From Octopus vulgaris (lineage: Eukaryota), in the NCBI GenBank assembly GCA_951406725.2, contig OX597830.1, positions 41,292,001 to 41,356,000 on the forward strand: DNA of 64,000 nucleotides, read 5' to 3'. The translations under genes were made by a program, and so were the position numbers. Below the pieces are notes generated by a model. It searched no databases. It saw nothing but the letters and a program-made list of their open reading frames with translations, and was not told the DNA's origin. Shown here one piece after another: positions 55,628-64,000 of this stretch (its first letter is position 1; every line of letters starts with the position of its first letter).

Positions 55628-55872
55628 AGATAAAGATAGTTATGGCCAGTTCATAGGGTTACCCTGGGTTTCATGTCCATAAAGCACTTGGCTTCACATA
55701 TGTCTTGTCAGACCCTAAATGACTGGCCATTAGGGTCTGACAAGACGTGTGTTAAGCCAAGTGCTTGATGGAAGCAAAACATTGGGTAACCCTATGAACC
55801 AACCATAACTATCTTTATCTAAGTACTCTAACTTATCGTGTGCTTCACTTTTGGATTTATGATTTACTGACA
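55628..55872. mobile_element. Fold-back element (~90-bp arms) with degenerate hammerhead motif and right-hand tail
   Basis: agataaagatagttatgg...gtcagaccctaa is the inverse of ttagggtctgac...ccataactatctttatct (55628-55820); ends in (TA)n. Confidence 0.65.
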
Positions 55873-55890
55873 TATATATATATATATATA

Positions 55891-56092
55891 GTTAATCCAA
55901 ACAAGAAAGCACAAAAAAACACAACAACGCGAGGACGTGGAACAAATATAGTATTATTGGACGCTCAGGAAAGAAGGAGGGTTTAACGTTTCGAGCGGAG
56001 CTCTTCATCGGAAACATAGGAGAAGGAAAGATCCTGAGAAGGGAAGACAGAAAAAAAAATCGCCAACGGTATACACGTGGTCACATTTTGAA
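55891..56092 (-). mobile_element. Short (TA)n-flanked element carrying the hammerhead above; probable Penelope-like pLTR fragment
   Basis: About 200 bp, CpG-retaining, embedded between two (TA)n tracts. Confidence 0.6.
55981..56015 (-). ncRNA. Type I minimal hammerhead ribozyme motif
   Basis: Minus strand reads GTTT-CCGATGA-A-GAGC-TCC-GCTC-GAA-AC-GT-T-AAAC: helix I GTTT/AAAC, helix II GAGC/GCTC, loopless palindromic helix III ACGT, GUU site. Core is CCGAUGA (U4C variant). Confidence 0.7.
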
Positions 56093-56109
56093 TATATATA
56101 TATATATAT

Positions 56110-57500
56110 AAACTTTCATCTAAACTGCAAAGGCTGCTTCCTAAGTCACCCTCCAGCAAGCTCTTCTCCTTGAGAAACTTGATGAACACTGTATTCTTGC
56201 TTTCATCATCAACAAACTTTCTGACTGTCTGGATCTAAAATCTTGGAAAAAAAAAATTTTTCTGGATCACTAGCTTCTTGTCATATCACAGTATGTACTG
56301 ATGGAGGTCTTTCTTTAACACACATTCTATCAATCCTGGTGTAGGCTTTAGTTTTGCCTTTTATGCTCTTCCTCTTATACATTGATGACCTGGATGTTGC
56401 CACATTCATGACTCGCCCTAACTTTCTGCATCTAAGTGTCCATCTGCAGTGTAAACACCTTACACCAAGTCTGTACTGATTCTATTAACATGGATCTTAT
56501 AAACCTCCTCCAATGTGATCATCAATTTTATCTTCTTTTGCAGCAAAAATAGAGTCACAAATAAAAAAAGTAAATAAATAAGAAATTATCCTACTGCACT
56601 GCACTCGGCCTAAACATGAATGGCACTCAATTGGGACCTTTGCAATCACTTCAAATGCTAAACCTCATTCACTATCTCAAATGTAGCAAGTATTGCATCA
56701 CAAAGATTGGCTTTCTTGTTGAGAACCAGAAAGTACTTCAACCCTTAATGCAACTGTTAACCCTTCTACTAAACCCAGATGAGATCTACACTGGAATACT
56801 GTTCCCAAATGTGAAACAAAATGTTGTTACTGTTCTGTATTTTAGAGATGAAGAATTCTGTACATTATTTACGTTGGAAAGATATGTGTCCTCATCTTGT
56901 TGATTGTTACCACAGTGTTTCGACTGATTTCCTCCCTGGTCTCCATCAGGTGTCCTGGTGGAATTTTGAACCCAGCCCTGGGCATATAGCATAATGGTTA
57001 AGAGTGCGGGTTACTAACCCCAAGTTTCCAAGTTCAATTACAGGCAATGCCTTTAATAATAATAATAATAATAATATCAGCAAAAAATACCTGAGGAATG
57101 AAAACGCAGGGTTGGATCCAAAATTCCTCCAGGACACCTGGTGAAGGCTGGGGAGTAAATGAGCTGAAACGTGATAACAACAAACAAGATGAGGACACAT
57201 CCGTCCTATGTAAAGGTGTTGCTACACAAAAGGCATTTTAGACAGTGTCCAGAGTAAGGCCACTCAACTGATTTGCATGAAGTCACTCACAAACACAATC
57301 CTGTCTCAGATGTCTCCTCTCTTTACCTTTTCTATTGCTTCAACAGTTACCTTTGATCCTTGGATCAGATTGATCTTGTACCACCTCAGACACATGTCTC
57401 TCCTTTGATCATCACCTGTATTGTGTCCATCACCACCACCACTCATGCTAAGCCCTCTACCAACCACCATTCTAGTCCCTTCTCACCAGAGTGTCATCCT
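56110..57500 (+). mobile_element. Decayed LINE (Jockey/CR1-group-like) reverse-transcriptase remnant, split by the 56828-57214 insertion
   Basis: Frameshifted motifs INPGV...MLFLLYIDDL (~56330-56392), TQMRSTLEYCSQM (~56770-56812) and LDSVQSKATQLI (~57238-57274). Confidence 0.65.
56828..57214. mobile_element. Second, more diverged copy of the tRNA-head/hammerhead palindromic element, inserted in a LINE remnant
   Basis: Aligns by eye to 32755-33240 (tttagagatgaagaattctgtacattatttac...; gggcatatagcataatggttaagagtgcggg...; gacacctggtgaaggctg...gctgaaacgt). Left arm lacks the tRNA head. Confidence 0.75.
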
Positions 57501-58274
57501 GGAATTCCTCTATATATATATATGTGCGTGTTTTGTATGTGTATGACCTGTACACTGCAGCAGAAGTGCTAAGATCAGTCCCTCTGGTAGTATAAAACAC
57601 TCATGGCAGTGCCACATAAAAGCACCCAACAAACTCTGTAAAGTGGTTGGGCATTAGGAAGGACACCCAGCTTTAGAAAACATGCCAAATCAGACTGGAG
57701 TTTGGTGCAGCTTACCAGCTCCGGTCAAACTGTCCAACACATACTAGCATGGACAACGAAAATTAATTGATGAAAACACATGTTATTGTATGGAAGGCAA
57801 GACAAATGACAAAAAAAAAACAAAGTGTAAAGAATGTTCACAGTTAATGATATTAAGTTTGCACAAAGCAGTGATCCAGCAGAATCATTAGCACATCAGA
57901 GCAAATACATAGCAGTATTTCATCCACCTTTATATTCTGAGTTCAAATTCAACCAAAGTCAGCATTGCCTTTCAGGGTTGATAAAATAAGTTCAAATTGT
58001 GCACTGGGGTTGCTGTAATCAACTTAGCTCCACCCCAAGCATTAGGCTTTGTGCCTATCATAGAAAAGATTATTAAGTTGGCACTCTAAGAAAGAAAAAA
58101 AGTTAAGTTAAAAGTTAGAGAGTGACAGTATGCTTTGGACATCATCCTTCTTCAGATACGAAGTCCAAGGAAGAGAGGAAAATATTTAAGAATAGAGAGG
58201 AGAGAGTCAAGAGAAAATGCAAGTGGGTAACTCATATCGTCAACCACTGACTAACTGGAAGTGTTAAAGGTACA

Positions 58275-58724
58275 TATATATATATATATTTCGCTTTTGT
58301 ATGTGGTTTGCAAGATTCTTTATATGAATTCGTGTGTTGAAGCATATTTTATTGTGTCTGGGGAGAATCATTCTCTTTTAGTGCTTTATTGATTCAACAC
58401 ACTCACTGGTCTGTTTTCCACTCATTTACTTATTTATTTTTACTAAAATTGTCATTGCATCTTGCAACCTTTTCAGTACTCCTTGACTCTTGTCTGTTCT
58501 TTGGGTCTTCGGTGCCAGGACACCGAAAAACAATACCAAGAATATCAAGACACTGGAAAACAATACCAAGAATGGATAGAGTCAATGACTATCAAAAAGG
58601 TTGCAAGACACAACAAAAATTTTAGTAAAAATAAATAAGTAAATGAGTGGAAATTGGACCGGTGAGTGTGTCAAATTAATAAGACACTAAAAGAGAATGA
58701 CTCTCCTCAGACACAATAATAAAT
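58275..58724. mobile_element. Fold-back element (~170-bp arms) with degenerate hammerhead, (TA)n end and 8-bp target-site duplication
   Basis: Arms ~58345-58515 and ~58520-58725 are inverted; AAGGTACA direct repeat at 58267-58274 and 58725-58732. Confidence 0.7.
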
Positions 58725-58729
58725 AAGGT

Positions 58730-58869
58730 ACAGATAAGGAAATAATTTTATTCTCAAGTGCAGGATAATGCTAATTAATATAGCATGAACAGGATGGATT
58801 GTTTATCCTGTTCATGCTATATTATTAGCATTATGCTACGTTTGAGGACAAAATTATTTCCTTATCTGT
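58730..58869. repeat. Older palindrome (~65-bp arms), interrupted on its left by the preceding element
   Basis: acagataaggaaataatttt...aatatagcatgaacaggat / atcctgttcatgctatatt...aaaattatttccttatctgt. Confidence 0.75.
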
Positions 58870-59389
58870 GTCTTTCAATACATCTCAACACTTCTAAAGC
58901 AAACTTTGTTGACTTTCAACATAAGTTGAATTATATATATATATAGTTATGTATGTATGCACTGAAACACCTAACCAGAGTTCAAGTTCAGTAGTATGTC
59001 CCTCTGTATCGAGTGGAGTATGACACAGGGCAGCAGACCATAGAAGAGGCTAGTGTTTGGAATAAGAGTATTAACAAAATACAGAAAACATAAATAGCTT
59101 TTTGAGTTTTATAAAACATTTATGTATTTCAAGAAATTAATTACCATAATTACATAAATGCTTACTGAAACATTATATAAGAATTGATGTCAGGATGGAC
59201 ACCCAACCATAGAATACTGCTTCCTTAAGTCTTGTCTAACCCATGCAAGCATGGAGAAAAAATATGGGTATGAAATCTTGTATTCATGATGTATTCACAT
59301 ACATAATAGCGGTGCCCCAGCATGGCCACAGCCATGAACTGGAACTAGTAAAAATATATTATGTGTGTATGTATCACCATTACATTCCA

Positions 59390-59625
59390 TACTCTCCAAT
59401 CACTGGCCCATAGATATGCTATCATTTCTCATCCTTCTCTACTGATACAATAACATCTGCTCCTCAGAGCTGCCTGGTCTCCTATTATCTCTGCGTTTAC
59501 CAATATTCCATGTTCTTTCTTACCAGAACACCTTCATTCTGGAACTTCCCCCTTGCCTATATTTTCCAGAAGTCATTAACTTTTAGCTGTTCAAAAGAAA
59601 AAATATCTCTCACATCAATCTCACC
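59390..59625 (+). mobile_element. LINE 3' fragment
   Basis: FFLTRTPSFWNFP resembles the FFPRTxxxWNxLP C-terminal motif of CR1/Jockey-group LINEs. Confidence 0.45.
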
Positions 59626-61418
59626 AGTTTTGGAAGGCCAACAACAGCTCATGGACACAGTTCCTTCCTCCAGACCAATTGTTTGTTTTTTTTTCAAATG
59701 AGGTAATAATGGAATTAAAGGAACTTCTTGTACAATATAACTACAAGTACCTTAGCTTTTCCTGCTATCAAAGGTAATGCTTAGCATTATCTTTTAACCT
59801 TTTACTTGCTTCAGTCATTGGATTGCAGCCACAATCGAAAGTGGGGTACCACCTTGAAGAGTTTAGTTGAGCAAACTGATCTCAGTTCTCCTTTTCTTAA
59901 GCCTGGTATGTGTTCTCTCGGTCTTTTTTTGCCACTCTACTGGGTTATGGGGATGTAAACTAACCAACATGGGTTATCAAGATAAACAAAGACATACACA
60001 TAGATATATACAATGGACTTCTTTTGAATTCCATCTCCCAAGTCCACTCATAAGGCTTTGGTTAACTTGAAGCTATTGTAGAAGACACTTGCCCAAGATG
60101 TCATAGTGAGAGTGAACTTTGGACTGTGTAGTGGAGAAGCAAATGTCACACACATCTTCCCCTATATATGGCTGGTTTGAGTGAATATCACCATTTTTAT
60201 GATGGCCATATTGTCTTGAAAGGTTTTCCTTTTGTTTTGTCTTTTATTTTTACTTTTAAGGGTTAACAATTTCCTGCTGTCCCAAACTTGTTTTTGTTTT
60301 TTAACAAGCTAATGAGAGGACTAAGGGTTTGTCTGTGACCTTTCTAGGCCCTCACAGCCTGGAGAAATTAATGAGGCTGATGCATAGCCTTCATATCAAT
60401 CTTTGTCAAAAAAATATCTAATATTGGTAGGTAAGGTTCCTGAGGGGCTGATAATCCAAATGCCAGCAAATGAGTGAATGAACTCAACTCTGAAAACACC
60501 TAAAACCAGGAAGGTCTGACACACCAACAGTGTGTCAGTCCTACTACCCAATATCCTTCAAGCCATTATAGTACTGGTTCTGTAAGACTATATCCAGTTT
60601 TTCTGTGACTATCAGAGTTGGAAAGGTTCCCTAAATGAATTAATTGCTAACAAAATAACTGTTCGTTGTCTGAATCTTGTTCACCTATCAGGCAAAATAT
60701 AATTAATGTAATTAAAATGGTATTTATATATCAGATGTTTCTCATCTGCTAGTCTATTTTAGTTACAATCTGTCTACCAGTTTTTTTTTTTTATCTCATT
60801 AGCTTCATTTCTAAAAACTAATGATGGATGGTTTCATGTGTGTGTTAGGGGTGGGAAGTAACTGTACAGTTAAATGAAAGGTTAGTAGGCTAGAGTGGTT
60901 GCTTAAAATTATGCATCTGAGAGAAAATTGCTTTGCTGAAAAGTAAAAATATTGTCTCTCTACGTCTTTCTCATCTCAAATCAATCAAAACAACAACAAG
61001 AGCAATCTTAAAGAGAACAAAAATAAGTATGCCTCAAACTTCAAATTTTATAGATGGTGTTCCTATAACATTGTCCGTCTATTTATCTAACTATTTATCA
61101 ACCTGTCCTTTTCTCTCTTTGTATATATATATATATATATATGCATGTGTGTGTTTAGATTCACAAACTACAAAAAAAAGTACTCAATCCGTGTAGTTGA
61201 GTAGATTCATTTGTTCAAAGCTGAAGCTTCTCTCTGTCACCTGTTCTGAATTTTCTGCTTCCAGTTTTTATGGCACTCTGAGAATAGGAAGCAAGATGCT
61301 CCTAGCAAGTAACAAATATGATCCCTAAGTTTCAAATGCATGCATGCACACACACACACACACACACACATACATACATATATTTGTGTGTGTGTATATA
61401 TATATATATATATACACA

Positions 61419-61793
61419 CAGGAGTGGCTCTGTGGTAAGTAGCTTGCTAACCAACCACATGGTTCTGGGTTCAGTCCCACTGCGTGGCATCTTGGGCAAG
61501 TGTCTTCTGCTATAGCCCCAGGCCAACCAATGCCTTGTGAGTGGATTTGGTAGACGGAAACTGAAAGAAGCCTGTCGTATATATGTATATATATGTGTGT
61601 GTGTATGTGTTTGTGTGTCTGTGTTTGTCCCCCTAGCATTGCTTGACAACCGATGCTGGTGTGTTTACGTCCCTGTCACTTAGCAGTTCGGCAAAAGAGA
61701 CTGATAGAATAAGTCCTGGGATCGATTTGCTCGACTAAAGGCAGTGCTCCAGCATGGCCGCAGTCAAATAACTGAAACAAGTAAAAGAGTAAA

Positions 61794-61795
<2 letters not shown>
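61419..61795 (+). mobile_element. Near full-length family B tRNA-derived SINE with an internal (TA/TG)n tract
   Basis: ggagtggctctgtggtaagtagcttgct...gggttcagtcccactgcgtggcatcttgggcaagtgtcttct...ggaaactgaaagaagcc...gactgaaacaagtaaaaga. Confidence 0.85.
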
Positions 61796-61834
<39 letters not shown>

Positions 61835-61836
<2 letters not shown>

Positions 61837-62146
61837 AGGTGTCCCAGAAGTTGTGCACCATCCTGGTTTCTTTTGAAAAAATGCACCTTTATTGATTTCA
61901 AAAACGGCTTTATTGAAATTAATCCTAACAAATGCTCAAATTGAGCACCCTCTGCAATAAAGCACGCATCTTTATGAAACTGTCTTTGACACTCCAAAAG
62001 ATGGAAAGGGTGATCTTTTGGCGCTCACTTGTTATTGCATCTTTCAAATCATCAAGAGTGTGTGGATGATTGTGGTAGGCAATAGATTTGAGATGTCTCC
62101 AAAGGAAATAGACAAGGGGAGTAAGATCTGGGGGTTGGGGTGGCCA
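61835..62146 (-). mobile_element. Tc1/mariner transposase 3' fragment with one TIR
   Basis: Minus strand translates WPPQPPDLTPLVYFLWRHLKSIAYHNHPHTLDDLKDAI, then after a frameshift CFIAEGAQFEHLL. This matches the WPPxSPDLxPLDxxLW...GGHFEHLL pattern; terminus CAAGGTGTCCC resembles CAGGGTGTCC TIRs. Confidence 0.85.
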
Positions 62147-62536
62147 ATCCCTCTATTAACCTGGAACTTATTCTATCAGTCTCTTTTGCTAAACTGCTAA
62201 GTCACAGGGATGTGAACACACCAATACTAGCTGTCAAGCGATGGTGGGGGGGAACAAACACAAATATATACATACATACATATATATATAAATGTATGTA
62301 TATACGATGGGCTTCTTACACTTTCCGTTTACCAAATGCACTCATAAGGCTTTGGTTGGCCTGACACTATAGTGGAAGACACTTGCCTAATGTGCCATGC
62401 AGTGGGGCTGAACCAGAAACCATGTGGTTGGGAAGCAAGCTTTACCTCACAGCCATGCCTTTCTATAACATATATATATATATTTTATTTATCTTATCTA
62501 GTTTCAGCTCACGAGCTGTGGCCATGCTGGGGCACC

Positions 62537-62567
<31 letters not shown>

Positions 62568-63093
62568 GCTTTATAATTAGTTGTGACACTAAGGGGAAAT
62601 TAAAGAACAACAAGAAAAGATTTCAGTTTTAATTTGGCAGTTTCGAAAAATTATGTATTTCTAAAAAAAAAAAAGTACAAGAAAAAGATTATATCAGTAC
62701 ATCATTAAATGGTAAAGATTTAAACTAAATTAGATTAATATTTAGATAAACAAAAGACCTAGGATAATGAACTGGTTTGAACAAAAGATAAACTGATATA
62801 AGTAGCAATTGTAGAATAGATAAGAAATGAAGTAAAAATAGATCTTAGTCTGTATCATTGATGAATATTAATTTGATTGATCAACTACCAGCTCATTAAA
62901 TTTGTGTATCTGTGCTGGTGTGGTTGTGTGGTTAAGTAGCTTGCTCTCCAGGCATGAAGTCCCAAGTTCAGTCCCCACTATGCAACAGCTTGGGAAAGTG
63001 TTTTCTACTTTTACTCTGGGCAGACCAAATTTTTCTGCATGGATTTGGTAGACAGAAACTAAAGAGACTAATTGTGTATATAATATATATATA

Positions 63094-63577
63094 TCTATAT
63101 ATATAAAACTCAACTTGTGTGTCTGTGTGTTTAACTTCCTGGCACATCTCCTCCTAGCCAATAAATCGTAGAACCACTAAAAATGGGTCACTTAAAGTTT
63201 AGGTGAATGAAAATTGAACTGTGCTATTTCTGTTCCGAAATTCATCTCGCAAGTGCAAAAATCGATAATGTGTTTCTTTAGGCCTTATCCCATGCATTGA
63301 ATAGTGAACTTTACTCAGTCAGCTGTTTGATGTGAACTGTGTTCACCACGCGTACAAGCATGCATAAATTGCATGAAAAATAAAAAATCAAGATATAAAA
63401 ACGAATCGCTGTAAACATTGTAGAAATTCGGCAAAGAAATGAATTTTCAGGATGTAGCCTGGAGGGTTTTTTCGTATTAATCGTTTGGACTTTGTGAACA
63501 CATAACAATTGTTTTCATAACATTTTTAACGCTTTGAATTAAATGTGACCATTTTGCAAAGCTGGACAATACTGCTA

Positions 63578-63578
<1 letters not shown>
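63094..63578 (+). mobile_element. Non-autonomous Helitron-like element
   Basis: Starts A|TCTATATATATAAAA and ends CTAG|T with a decayed subterminal hairpin (ccattttgcaaagctgg); AT target, no TSD. These are typical Helitron termini. Confidence 0.7.
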
Positions 63579-63651
<73 letters not shown>

Positions 63652-64000
63652 CAAAATAATAAATAAAACATGCATATATACATACATATATGTACATACC
63701 TACATCTATATGTTTATATACATGCATATATAGGTACAGGACACCAAAAAAACGTCGAACACAATGAGAAATGAAAACATAAAAACAAGACCATGGAAAC
63801 GGACTATTTTCAAACAACGATAAAACAGAGTACAAGACATACAACACAAGGAATATTCCCCTTCTTCAGCTGCCCCTGCTTTGCCTACTCCGTGTTTCGA
63901 AGGTAAGGGCAAGACACAACTTCGTTGAAACAGTCCTTCCCGCAAAGCAAATTAAATAAAATTTGGAATTTTTTGCGGCGGGGTAAAAGTGGTAACAAAA

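Overview
AT-rich, microsatellite- and SINE-dense eukaryotic DNA; the repeat families look like those of an octopus (coleoid cephalopod) genome, which is an inference. One protein-coding gene is supported: the 3' part of an MBD5/MBD6-like (MBD+PWWP) gene on the + strand, in four phase-consistent exons (15503-20236, 26275-26435, 34298-34410, 37498-37639). Its MBD-encoding 5' exons were not found in the window. The rest is tRNA-derived SINEs, decayed LINE, R4/Dong, RTE, Tc1/mariner, hAT, Helitron and TTAA-MITE fragments, and simple repeats. The most notable signal is a set of unrelated fold-back (palindromic) elements, usually next to (TA)n tracts and with a one-sided unpaired tail, that carry minimal type I hammerhead-ribozyme motifs of the Penelope-like-element kind. 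These include a perfect 220-bp-arm palindrome at 51753-52199 and a two-copy family joining a tRNA-like Pol III head to a hammerhead (32755-33240, 56828-57214). All folds and alignments were done by eye; repeat boundaries are approximate.
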